In this document: piece after piece, positions 53,801 to 62,749 of the stretch | Layout: the number at the start of each line of letters is the position of its first letter | How positions within the stretch are numbered: the first letter of the stretch is position 1 | NCBI GenBank assembly: GCA_011390575.1 | Contig: JAABSE010000007.1 | Span: 2,684-66,683 of the forward strand | Source: Sphingobacteriia bacterium | Lineage (GTDB): Bacteria > Bacteroidota > Bacteroidia > Bacteroidales > UBA7960 | Direction: 5' to 3' | Length of the DNA stretch: 64,000 nucleotides | Translations under genes and position numbers: made by a program | Notes under the pieces: model-generated | Database searches by the model: none | What the model saw: the letters and a program-made list of their open reading frames with translations, nothing else | Told to the model about the DNA's origin: nothing

Positions 53801-53846
53801 AAGCTTGTAACAACTGAGTTTAGCATCACCCTTAAACCCCAATATT

Positions 53847-55307
53847 ATGACCAGCGAACAATATATAGAAAGCTTGCGCAAAATGAACCTGAAAGTTTTT
53901 CTTTTTGGTGAACTTGTTGAAAACCCTGTAGACCACCCCATGATTCGGCCTTCCATGAATTCGGTTGCTATGACTTATAAGCTTGCGGAAATGGAAGAAT
54001 ACAAGGATATCATGACCGCTAAATCGCATCTTACCGGGAAAACCGTAAACCGTTTTTGTCACCTGCACCAGAGTACCGAAGACCTTATAAAAAAGGTAAA
54101 GATGCAGCGGCTGCTGGGCCAGAAAACCGGAGCCTGTTTCCAGCGCTGTGTGGGTATGGACGCCTTTAATGCATTGTATTCCACTACTTATGAGATAGAT
54201 CAGAAATACAATACGCAATATCATGAGCGTTTTGTGGAGTATATGAAATTTGTGCAGGAAAACGACCTTACTGTGGATGGCGCCATGACCGACCCCAAAG
54301 GCGATCGGGGTCTGTCTCCTTCGCAGCAAACCGATCCTGATATGTATGTGCATATCGTTGAAGAGCGAAAGGACGGTATCGTGGTGCGTGGTGCCAAAGC
54401 CCACCAGACCGGAGCCGTAAACTCACACGAACATCTTATCATGCCTACCATAGCCATGAAAGAAGCGGATAAAGATTACGCAGTGGCTTTTGCCATTCCT
54501 TCTGATGCAGAAGGGCTTTTTATGATTTACGGTCGCCAGTCGTGCGACACCCGTAAAATGGAACCGGGTGCAGATATCGACCTGGGCAATGCTGAATTTG
54601 GCGGACACGAAGCACTGGTGATTTTTGAAGATGTTTTTGTGCCCTGGGAAAGAGTGTTTTTGTGCAAAGAATATGATTTTGCCGGTATGATGGTAGAAAG
54701 ATTTGCAGGTTATCACCGGCAATCGTATGGCGGCTGTAAGGTGGGGGTGGGTGACGTGCTAATTGGAGCCTCCGCCCTGGCAGCCGACTATAACGGAGCA
54801 GCCAAAGCTTCGCACATCAAAGACAAGCTCATCGAAATGGCCCACCTCAATGAAACGCTTTACTCATGCGGTATTGCATGTTCATGTGAAGGAAAAGTTA
54901 CCAAAGCAGGAAACTATGAAATTGATCTCTTACTGGCCAATGTTTGCAAGCAAAACATCACCCGTTTCCCTTACGAAATTTCCAGGCTTGCCGAAGATAT
55001 CGCTGGCGGTGTTATGGTAACCATGCCTTCAGAAGCAGACTACAGGAATGAAAAAATCGGCCCTTACATTGACAAATACCTCAAGGGGGTACACAGTGTA
55101 AAAACAGAAGATCGCATGAGGGTGTTGCGACTCATTGAGAATATTACGCTGGGAACGGCAGCGGTTGGGTACAGAACAGAGTCTATGCATGGTGCCGGTT
55201 CACCCCAGGCCCAGAGGATTATGATTGCCCGCCAGTGTAATATGGAAGAGAAAAAGAGCTTTGCCCGAAACCTGGCCCGTATTAATCCGGACGAGGAGGT
55301 CAGATAA
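53847..55307 (+). CDS. abfD: 4-hydroxybutyryl-CoA dehydratase / vinylacetyl-CoA delta-isomerase
   Basis: 486 aa. It belongs to the 4-hydroxyphenylacetate-hydroxylase-like fold and has the AbfD Fe-S ligand pattern (CFQRC, then H...C in GYHRQSYGGCKVG). The size and N-terminus match clostridial and Porphyromonas AbfD as I recall them. Confidence 0.85.
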   Translation: MTSEQYIESLRKMNLKVFLFGELVENPVDHPMIRPSMNSVAMTYKLAEMEEYKDIMTAKSHLTGKTVNRFCHLHQSTEDLIKKVKMQRLLGQKTGACFQRCVGMDAFNALYSTTYEIDQKYNTQYHERFVEYMKFVQENDLTVDGAMTDPKGDRGLSPSQQTDPDMYVHIVEERKDGIVVRGAKAHQTGAVNSHEHLIMPTIAMKEADKDYAVAFAIPSDAEGLFMIYGRQSCDTRKMEPGADIDLGNAEFGGHEALVIFEDVFVPWERVFLCKEYDFAGMMVERFAGYHRQSYGGCKVGVGDVLIGASALAADYNGAAKASHIKDKLIEMAHLNETLYSCGIACSCEGKVTKAGNYEIDLLLANVCKQNITRFPYEISRLAEDIAGGVMVTMPSEADYRNEKIGPYIDKYLKGVHSVKTEDRMRVLRLIENITLGTAAVGYRTESMHGAGSPQAQRIMIARQCNMEEKKSFARNLARINPDEEVR

Positions 55308-55421
55308 AAAATAATCCCCGTTTTTTATATCCATTACCAGGACGCAGGCTTTCTTTTGCCATTCGGAAAACCTGCTTCCCCCTCCCGGGGTACATTCTTA
55401 AAGTTAAAAAACAATATTGAT

Positions 55422-56762
55422 ATGAACTGGAGAGACTTATATAAAACCAAACTCAGTACACCGGAACAAGCCATCCGGGCGATTAAAAACAACGATCGCG
55501 TGGTGCTGGGTCATGCCGCTGCTGTGCCGGTTGACACCCTTCAGGCCCTGGTGGCAAATAAAGAAAATTATCATAATGTGGAAATTGCTCACATGTACTG
55601 CCTGGGGGAAGGAGCCTACATGCTACCCGAAATGCATGGCCATTTCCGCCACAATGCTGTATTCGTGGGAGGCAATGCACGCCTGGCCATTGATGAAAAC
55701 CGGGCTGATTACACCCCTTGCTTTTTCCATGAGATTCCCGGCCTGTTCACTGAGGGGCCTTTGCATCCCGATGTGGCCATTGTTCAGCTTTCCCTCCCCA
55801 ACATGGAAGGTTTTTGCAGTTTCGGCGTTTCTACCGACTATACCAAACCCGCAGCCCATGCGGCCAAAATTGTTATTGCAGAAATCAATGATCAAATGCC
55901 TTTCATTGGTGGAGATAACCTCATGCATATTTCGGATATTGACTATATCATCGAAACCTCCAATCCCCTGTACGAGCTCCCCGCTCCCCGTATCGGCGAA
56001 ACAGAGCTGGCCATTGGCCGTCATTGTGCAAGCCTGGTGGAAGACGGTTCGACTTTGCAGCTGGGTATCGGTTCCATCCCTGATGCAGTACTCAAATCAT
56101 TGGGCGACAAAAAGCAACTGGGCATTCACACCGAAATGTTTTCAGACGGTGTGGTAGAGCTGGTGGAAAAGGGAGTGATTACCGGAGAAAAGAAAACCCT
56201 GCACAAAGGCAAGCTGGTTGCCACTTTTTTGATGGGTAGCCGCCGGTTGTATGATTTTGTCAACAACAATTCCGACGTGATTATGTATCCCGCCGATTAC
56301 GTAAATGACCCCTATATTATTTCACGCAACTATAAAATGGTTTCCATCAATTCCTGTGTGGAAATTGACCTCATGGGGCAGGTAGTATCCGAATCCATCG
56401 GCACGAAGCAAATCAGTGGGGTAGGTGGACAGGTGGATTATGTGCGGGGTGCGTGTATGGCACGCGATGGAATATCTGTGATGGCCATGCCATCCACCGC
56501 TGCCGGAGGAAAAGTTTCACGTATAGTCCCTTTCCTGGGGCAGGGTGCTGCGGTTACCACTTCACGCAACGACGTAAGATATGTAGTAACTGAATTCGGA
56601 ATTGCCCAATTATGGGGCAAAACGCTGAAGCAAAGGGCCGAAAGCCTCATCGAAATTGCCCATCCCAATTTCAGGGAAGAATTATCCGAAGCCACAGAAA
56701 AAAGATTCCATGTAAAAAATCACTATATAAATAAGGAGGAACTCAGCAATGCAACTGTTTAA
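55422..56762 (+). CDS. abfT: 4-hydroxybutyrate CoA-transferase
   Basis: 446 aa from the ATG at 55422; the track start at 55356 is a TTG. It is colinear with Clostridium aminobutyricum AbfT from memory (GSTLQLGIGSIPDAV, GTKQISGVGGQVDYVRGA, AVTTSRNDVRYVVTEFGIA). Confidence 0.9.
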   Translation: MNWRDLYKTKLSTPEQAIRAIKNNDRVVLGHAAAVPVDTLQALVANKENYHNVEIAHMYCLGEGAYMLPEMHGHFRHNAVFVGGNARLAIDENRADYTPCFFHEIPGLFTEGPLHPDVAIVQLSLPNMEGFCSFGVSTDYTKPAAHAAKIVIAEINDQMPFIGGDNLMHISDIDYIIETSNPLYELPAPRIGETELAIGRHCASLVEDGSTLQLGIGSIPDAVLKSLGDKKQLGIHTEMFSDGVVELVEKGVITGEKKTLHKGKLVATFLMGSRRLYDFVNNNSDVIMYPADYVNDPYIISRNYKMVSINSCVEIDLMGQVVSESIGTKQISGVGGQVDYVRGACMARDGISVMAMPSTAAGGKVSRIVPFLGQGAAVTTSRNDVRYVVTEFGIAQLWGKTLKQRAESLIEIAHPNFREELSEATEKRFHVKNHYINKEELSNATV

Positions 56763-57864
56763 GCTAAAAACCCAAATCAGCAGGTTCGATACCTTTGCGC
56801 AATTCGCTTCCGAATTTACGCTGTCGGAAAAAGACCTGATTATCACCAACGAATTTCTGGCTGAACCCTTTATGAAGGGGTTGAAACTGCCCTGCCATTT
56901 TATCTTTCAGGAGAAATACGGTCAGGGAGAACCCTCCGACGAAATGATGAATGCCATCCTGGCGGATGTTAAAAAGGTGGATTATAACCGCGTGATTGCC
57001 ATTGGCGGAGGTACCGTTATCGACATAGCCAAGCTCTTTGTGCTGAAAAACCTCAACAATGTAGTGGATGCCTTTGAAAGAACCATCCCTCTTGAAAAGG
57101 AAAAACAGTTGGTAGTAATCCCCACTACCTGTGGAACGGGCAGTGAAGTGACCAACATCACCATCGCCGAACTCAAAAGCAAACAAACCAAGATGGGCCT
57201 GGCCGATGAGGCCCTTATGCCCGACCATGCAGTAATCATTCCAGAGTTTCTCAAAGGACTGCCCTTTAAGTTTTATGCTGCCAGTGCTATCGACGCCCTG
57301 ATTCATGCCGTGGAAAGCTATGTTTCTCCCAGGGCCAACAGCTACACCCGTATTTACAGCAAAGCTTCCATAGAAATTATCCTGGATGTATTTATGAAGA
57401 TAGCCCAAAACGGAGAAGAATACCGGATGGAGCGACTGGAAGACATGCTGGTAGCCAGCAATTTTGCCGGTATCGCTTTTGGCAATGCAGGGGTAGGAGC
57501 GGTTCATGCTCTTTCCTATCCACTGGGAGGCACCTACCATGTTCCGCACGGAGAAGCCAATTACCAGTTTTTTACCGCCGTTTTTGAAAAATACCAGGAG
57601 AAAAATCCCGGAGGCGTCATTTGCGAACTCAATGAATTCATGGCTCGCATCCTGGAGGTGCCCGCCAATCAGGTGTATTGTGCACTCGATGCCCTCCTGG
57701 GTAAACTGCTTTCTAAAAAGAAACTACGTGCCTACGGCATGAAAGAAAAAGAGTGCGAAGAGTTTGCCGAGGGTGTACTGCAAAAACAAGGCAGGCTTTT
57801 GGCCAACAACTATGAAGAATTATCCAAAGACGAGATAACAGCCATTTTTTATTCCCTTTACTAA
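56749..57864 (+). CDS. 4hbD: NAD-dependent 4-hydroxybutyrate dehydrogenase (iron-containing alcohol dehydrogenase family)
   Basis: 371 aa with Fe-ADH motifs (IAIGGGTVIDIAK, metal-binding His in IDALIHAVESY and GAVHALSYPLGG...HVPHGEAN). Its start overlaps the abfT stop by 14 nt. Confidence 0.8.
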   Translation: MQLFKLKTQISRFDTFAQFASEFTLSEKDLIITNEFLAEPFMKGLKLPCHFIFQEKYGQGEPSDEMMNAILADVKKVDYNRVIAIGGGTVIDIAKLFVLKNLNNVVDAFERTIPLEKEKQLVVIPTTCGTGSEVTNITIAELKSKQTKMGLADEALMPDHAVIIPEFLKGLPFKFYAASAIDALIHAVESYVSPRANSYTRIYSKASIEIILDVFMKIAQNGEEYRMERLEDMLVASNFAGIAFGNAGVGAVHALSYPLGGTYHVPHGEANYQFFTAVFEKYQEKNPGGVICELNEFMARILEVPANQVYCALDALLGKLLSKKKLRAYGMKEKECEEFAEGVLQKQGRLLANNYEELSKDEITAIFYSLY

Positions 57865-57894
57865 CACAAATTGTAAAACATAAAATATAACGTC

Positions 57895-59247
57895 ATGAAT
57901 ATAGCCGACCTAATGATGCGGGCCAGGGTAGCCCAGATTCAATTCGAAGTAAATTTTAACCAGTGCCAGGTGGATGCCGTTGTAAAAGCTGTTGCGCGCA
58001 CTGTGTACGATAATGCCCAGCTTCTTTCCAGACTTGCTGTGGAAGAGACCGAAATGGGCGTTTACGAAGACAAAGTAGCCAAGTGCAAAGGAAAATCCAA
58101 AGGAGTTTGGTTTGATCTGCGCAGCAAACCCTCTATGGGGGTGATCAGCCATGATCCCATTACCAACCTGATGGAAATTGCAAAGCCTATTGGTGTGGTA
58201 GCAGGTATCACCCCCATGACCAACCCGGTGGTAACCCCTATGTCGAAAATCATGTTTGCCCTGAAAACCAAAAATGCCATCATTATTGCACCTCACCCCA
58301 AGGCAAAAAAATGTTCTTCGCTAACCGTAAAAATGATCAATGAAGCCCTGGTAAAATACAATGTCCCCGAAGGACTGGTGCAGGTGATTGAAGAGCCTTC
58401 TGTGGAGCTTACCCGGGAGTTGATGCAGAACTGCGACGTGGTGGTGGCCACCGGTGGTATGAACATGGTGAAATCGGCCTATTCCTCAGGTAAGCCTTCC
58501 TATGGTGTGGGAGCCGGCAACGTGCAGGTGATTCTGGACAGAGAGATAGACTTTGAGGATGCAGCCCGTAAAATCATCACCGGACGTACTTTCGATAATG
58601 GTATCATCTGTTCCGGAGAGCAAAGCTTTATTTATCACAAAGAAGACCGCGATGCTGTGATGACAGCCTTTGAAAAAAACGGTGCTTTCCTGGTGGACGA
58701 CGCCCGAAAAGCAGATTTGGTGAATGCCATTTTTGAAGACGGACACATGAGAAGAGAAGCTGTAGGAAAATCAGCCTTACACATCGCCCGAATGGCCGGA
58801 ATCGATGTACCCGAAACAACCAGAGTCCTGGTAGTAAATGCACATGGCATAGGACCCGACGACATTGTATGCAAAGAAAAGATGTGTCCCGTGCTGGCAG
58901 CATTTCCTTATCAAACCCTTGACGAAGCCATCTCCATTGCAAAAATTAACCTGCAGATGGAAGGAAACGGCCACACCGCCGGAATCCACTCCAGCAACCA
59001 GGAGCATATTCTCAGGGCAGGAAGCAGTATTTCCGTATCCCGCTTCATCGTGAATGCTCCCTGTGCTACCACTGCCGGAGGCAATATTCAGAACGGGCTT
59101 CCCTTTACCAATACGCTGGGTTGCGGAACATGGGGCAACAACTCCATCTCCGAGAACTTCACCTATAAGCACCTGCTCAACATTACACGGGTGGCATCTT
59201 TATCGCCCAATGTTGAAGTGCCCTCCGACGATGTCATCTGGAGCTGA
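57895..59247 (+). CDS. sucD: CoA-acylating succinate-semialdehyde dehydrogenase
   Basis: 450 aa. It is an acylating aldehyde dehydrogenase with catalytic Cys in FDNGIICSGEQS. The size and context match clostridial and Porphyromonas SucD. Confidence 0.8.
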   Translation: MNIADLMMRARVAQIQFEVNFNQCQVDAVVKAVARTVYDNAQLLSRLAVEETEMGVYEDKVAKCKGKSKGVWFDLRSKPSMGVISHDPITNLMEIAKPIGVVAGITPMTNPVVTPMSKIMFALKTKNAIIIAPHPKAKKCSSLTVKMINEALVKYNVPEGLVQVIEEPSVELTRELMQNCDVVVATGGMNMVKSAYSSGKPSYGVGAGNVQVILDREIDFEDAARKIITGRTFDNGIICSGEQSFIYHKEDRDAVMTAFEKNGAFLVDDARKADLVNAIFEDGHMRREAVGKSALHIARMAGIDVPETTRVLVVNAHGIGPDDIVCKEKMCPVLAAFPYQTLDEAISIAKINLQMEGNGHTAGIHSSNQEHILRAGSSISVSRFIVNAPCATTAGGNIQNGLPFTNTLGCGTWGNNSISENFTYKHLLNITRVASLSPNVEVPSDDVIWS

Positions 59248-59306
59248 TTTTTTTCCATGTCCGGACCGATTGTAAACTTTGGTCCGGCGTGGAAAATCCA
59301 AATGTT

Positions 59307-59314
59307 TATTTTTG
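59307..59314 (+). promoter_or_regulatory. Candidate internal -7 box (TAnnTTTG) upstream of bcd
   Basis: TATTTTTG lies 45 nt upstream of the ATG at 59359, within the 111-bp sucD-bcd spacer. Motif match only. Confidence 0.3.
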
Positions 59315-59358
59315 CAGATTATTTTTTTTAGTGACACACACATAACAACAAGAAAATC

Positions 59359-60498
59359 ATGAACTTTCATTTAACAAAAGAACAAGCACTGTTTGAGCAA
59401 ATGATCAGGAGCTTCGCTGAGAAAGAAGTGAAGCCCCTTGCTGCTGAAGTAGATGAGCAGGAGCGTTTTCCTGAAGAAACCGTAGCAAAAATGGCCCGTG
59501 TGGGGCTGCTGGGAATTCCCGTCCCTTCTGAACTTGGCGGTGCCGGGGGCAATAACGTCATGTATGCACAGGCTGTGGAAGAACTTTCTGTAGCATGCGC
59601 CACAACAGGTGTTATCGTTTCTGCGCACACTTCTTTGTGTATTGCTCCTATCCTGGAAAGTGGTACTCCTGAGCAGAAAAAGAAATACATACCCCGCCTG
59701 GCATCAGGTGAATGGCTGGGCGCATTCGGTCTTACAGAGCCTAATGCCGGAACCGATGCTTCTGCCCAGCAGACTACTGCAGTTGAAGACGGAGACAATT
59801 TTATCATCAACGGCTCCAAAATATTTATTACCAATGCCGAGTATGCCCATGTGTACATCATCTTTGCCATGACCGATAAATCACAGGGAGTAAAAGGTAT
59901 TACCGCTTTTATCATTGAAAAGGGAACCCCCGGCTTCTCCTTTGGTAAGAAGGAAAAGAAAATGGGAATTCGCGGGAGCGCCACCTCAGAATTGATTTTT
60001 GAGAACTGTGTCATCCCCAGGGAGAACATGCTGGGCAAGGTTGGAAAAGGTTTTGGTATTGCCATGAAAACCCTTGATGGCGGACGTATCGGAATTGCGG
60101 CCCAGGCACTGGGCATTGCCCAGGGTGCATTGAATGAAACAGTGAAGTACATCAAGGAGCGCAAGCAGTTTGGCAAACCCCTTTCAGCTTTTCAGAACAC
60201 CCAGTTTCAGATTGCCGATATGCAAACCCGTATCAGTGCCGCAAGAATGCTGGTGCGTTCGGCCGCATTCAAAAAAGACCAGGGAGAGAAATTTTCTGCC
60301 GATGCCGCCATGGCCAAGCTATACGCTGCTGAGGTAGCCATGGAAGTGGCCAGTAAAGCTATCCAGCTGCACGGTGGATACGGTTATACCCGCGAATATC
60401 CTGTGGAGAGAATGCTGCGCGATGCCAAAATCACCGAGATTTATGAAGGGACTTCCGAGGTGCAGAAAATGGTGATTGCTGCCAATCTGCTCAAATAA
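59359..60498 (+). CDS. bcd: Short-chain (butyryl-CoA) acyl-CoA dehydrogenase
   Basis: 379 aa with ACAD motifs (GAFGLTEPNAGTDA, QLHGGYGYTREYPVERMLRDAKITEIYEGTSEVQ). It is followed by etfBA. Confidence 0.9.
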   Translation: MNFHLTKEQALFEQMIRSFAEKEVKPLAAEVDEQERFPEETVAKMARVGLLGIPVPSELGGAGGNNVMYAQAVEELSVACATTGVIVSAHTSLCIAPILESGTPEQKKKYIPRLASGEWLGAFGLTEPNAGTDASAQQTTAVEDGDNFIINGSKIFITNAEYAHVYIIFAMTDKSQGVKGITAFIIEKGTPGFSFGKKEKKMGIRGSATSELIFENCVIPRENMLGKVGKGFGIAMKTLDGGRIGIAAQALGIAQGALNETVKYIKERKQFGKPLSAFQNTQFQIADMQTRISAARMLVRSAAFKKDQGEKFSADAAMAKLYAAEVAMEVASKAIQLHGGYGYTREYPVERMLRDAKITEIYEGTSEVQKMVIAANLLK

Positions 60499-60667
60499 TC
60501 AAGACCAGCCTTCAGGCTTTCAGGAAACGGGCTAGGCTTGTTTCTTTCCCGAATCCCGGAATGCACAGGTTTATATAGCGATAGTTAAATATCTGAACGT
60601 AAAAAAATATCTCAGGAGCCATTCAATATTTCTGTAAACAATGGCCCTGTTGTAAAAAAAATAAGAC

Positions 60668-61450
60668 ATGAATATAGTAGTTTGCATAAAGCAAGTACCT
60701 GATACTACGGAGATAAAAATCAATCCTGCAACAGGTACACTTATCAGGGACGGGGTTCCCAGCATAATCAACCCCGATGACAAAGCAGGTCTGGAACTTG
60801 CTCTGCGCATGAAAGATCTGCATGATGCGCACGTTACCGTTATTACCATGGGACCCCCTCAGGCCGACAATGCCTTGCGCGAAGCCCTGGCCATGGGGGT
60901 AGATGATGCCATCCATCTTACCGACCGCAAATTTGCCGGCGCTGATACCCTGGCAACCTCCCATGCCCTGGCAGGAGCCCTGAGAAACCTGACTTTCGAC
61001 CTTATCATTACAGGACGCCAGGCCATTGATGGCGACACCGCACAGGTAGGACCCCAGATTGCCGAGCATCTTGATATTGCCCAGGTTTCTTACCTGCGCA
61101 AACTCGACTACGATGGCAAAAGAACCTTTACCATTGAAAGATCCATTGAGGACGGGTATGAAATTCTGGAAACAGAAGCTCCCTGTCTGGTAACCGTGTT
61201 GTCTGACGCTTTTCAGGCGCGCTATATGACCGTGAAAGGAATCATGGAGGCCTACGCCAAAGAAGTGAAAGTGTGGGGTTTTAATGAGATAGAAGTGAAA
61301 GAGGAGGATTTAGGGTTGAAAGGGTCTCCCACCAAGGTGCACAAAGCCTTCAGCCGCGGAGTGAAAGCCGCCGGAGAGCTTTATGAACTGGATACGGATG
61401 AAGCGGTAGGTACCATCATCAGCAAGCTGAAAGAAAAATTCATTATTTAA
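60668..61450 (+). CDS. etfB: Electron transfer flavoprotein, beta (small) subunit
   Basis: 260 aa beginning MNIVVCIKQVPD. It contains the block GRQAIDGDTAQVGPQIAEHL. Confidence 0.9.
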   Translation: MNIVVCIKQVPDTTEIKINPATGTLIRDGVPSIINPDDKAGLELALRMKDLHDAHVTVITMGPPQADNALREALAMGVDDAIHLTDRKFAGADTLATSHALAGALRNLTFDLIITGRQAIDGDTAQVGPQIAEHLDIAQVSYLRKLDYDGKRTFTIERSIEDGYEILETEAPCLVTVLSDAFQARYMTVKGIMEAYAKEVKVWGFNEIEVKEEDLGLKGSPTKVHKAFSRGVKAAGELYELDTDEAVGTIISKLKEKFII

Positions 61451-61464
61451 AACTCATTAGAAGC

Positions 61465-62457
61465 ATGGAAAACTCAACATATAAAGGCGTTTACGTTTTT
61501 GCCGAACAACGAAACGGAGAAATTCAAAAGGTAGCCCTTGAACTTGTTGGCAAAGCCAGGGATCTGGCAGCCGATCTCAAAGAGAAAGTGTATGCCATAC
61601 TGCTGGGCCACAATATTGCCGGACAAGCACAGATGCTTATTGAACATGGTGCTGATGTGGTAATTTGTGCCGATGCACCCGAACTGGAAAGCTACCTTAC
61701 CGAACCCTATACCCAGGCCATGTGCCATATCATTGACCTGCACAAGCCCGATATTCTGCTCATTGGTGCTACTACCACCGGGCGCGACCTTGGTCCGCGT
61801 GTTTCGGCAAGGGTAGCTACCGGACTCACCGCCGATTGCACCAAACTGGAAATCGGTGAAGACAAACACCTGCTCATGACCCGTCCTGCCTTTGGAGGCA
61901 ACCTCATGGCAACCATTGTTTGTAAAGAGCATCGCCCCCAGATGAGCACTGTAAGGCCAGGTGTGATGCAAAGCCTTGAAGCCGATACGCAACGCCAGGG
62001 AGAAATAATCATGGTGGATGTGCCTTTTGCAACACAAAAATTCAAGGTGAGACTGGTGAAAAGTGTGAAAGAGAAAACCAGCAAAATAGATATCAGCGAA
62101 GCCAAAATACTGATCTCTGCCGGAAGGGGAATGGGATGCTGTGATGGGTTGAACCTGGTGAAAGAACTGGCGGAAACTCTCGATGCACAGGTGTCTGCAT
62201 CCCGGGCGGTGGTAGATTGCGGGTTGGTGGGTCACGACCAGCAGGTGGGACAAACCGGTAAAACCGTACGCCCTGACCTGTATTTCGCTGCCGGCATTTC
62301 AGGTGCTATTCAGCACCTTGCCGGGATGGAAGAATCCGGATACATTGTGGCCATCAACAAAGATAAATATGCACCCATCTTCCAGGTAGCTGACCTGGGT
62401 ATTGTGGGAGATGCACGACAAATTATCAAAAAACTCAATGACAGACTGAAAAATTGA
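61465..62457 (+). CDS. etfA: Electron transfer flavoprotein, alpha (large) subunit
   Basis: 330 aa with the C-terminal FAD-binding block (VGQTGKTVRPDLYFAAGISGAIQHLAGM). Confidence 0.9.
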   Translation: MENSTYKGVYVFAEQRNGEIQKVALELVGKARDLAADLKEKVYAILLGHNIAGQAQMLIEHGADVVICADAPELESYLTEPYTQAMCHIIDLHKPDILLIGATTTGRDLGPRVSARVATGLTADCTKLEIGEDKHLLMTRPAFGGNLMATIVCKEHRPQMSTVRPGVMQSLEADTQRQGEIIMVDVPFATQKFKVRLVKSVKEKTSKIDISEAKILISAGRGMGCCDGLNLVKELAETLDAQVSASRAVVDCGLVGHDQQVGQTGKTVRPDLYFAAGISGAIQHLAGMEESGYIVAINKDKYAPIFQVADLGIVGDARQIIKKLNDRLKN

Positions 62458-62480
62458 CCCTTGTTGTCAATATGTGTGAG

Positions 62481-62516
62481 AAGCCCGGTGTATTACGCAC
62501 CGGGCTTTGTTATTTT
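62481..62516 (+). terminator. Rho-independent terminator after etfA
   Basis: AAGCCCGGTG (62481-62490), a 7-nt loop, CACCGGGCTT (62498-62507), then TGTTATTTT. Confidence 0.8.
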
Positions 62517-62749
62517 CTGATGGGTGTTGATAACTCTGTTCCACCATCTTCCTTTGCATTCAAAGGCTTGTGAATCGCATGGAGTGCAAATAGTATTGTT
62601 AATCTTTTCACAACCCGTTTTTTATTTGTACTTTTGCAGCTTAATCTGATAAGGACAAGTTGATTAACCCGTTGGAATAATGCAGTGTCGTTTTGTGAGT
62701 CCTCAATCAGGCAAAAATTCAGGTGTAAAAGAATGAAAGGAGTTTTCCC

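Noticed and set aside
55345-55360. A GG...GC motif (AGGCTTTCTTTTGCC) upstream of abfT considered as a second sigma-54 promoter
   Set aside because: The GG-to-GC spacing is one nucleotide short of the -24/-12 consensus, and the -24 flank does not match.
55356-55421. Upstream alternative starts in the ORF track: TTG at 55356 for abfT, TTG at 32143 for the MORN protein, ATG at 34004 for osmC and ATG at 50215 for the receptor
   Set aside because: In each case a downstream ATG yields the N-terminus expected for the family (signal peptide or conserved first residues). The upstream part has no homology.
56764-62253. Long antisense ORFs opposite 4hbD (56764-57549), bcd (59367-60176) and etfA (61474-62253). 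Similar ones lie opposite the histidine kinase, the MORN protein, the TonB-dependent receptor and DUF4249.
   Set aside because: All lie fully inside genes with strong family motifs on the other strand. Their translations have no recognisable domains, so I treat them as codon-bias artefacts and not overlapping genes.
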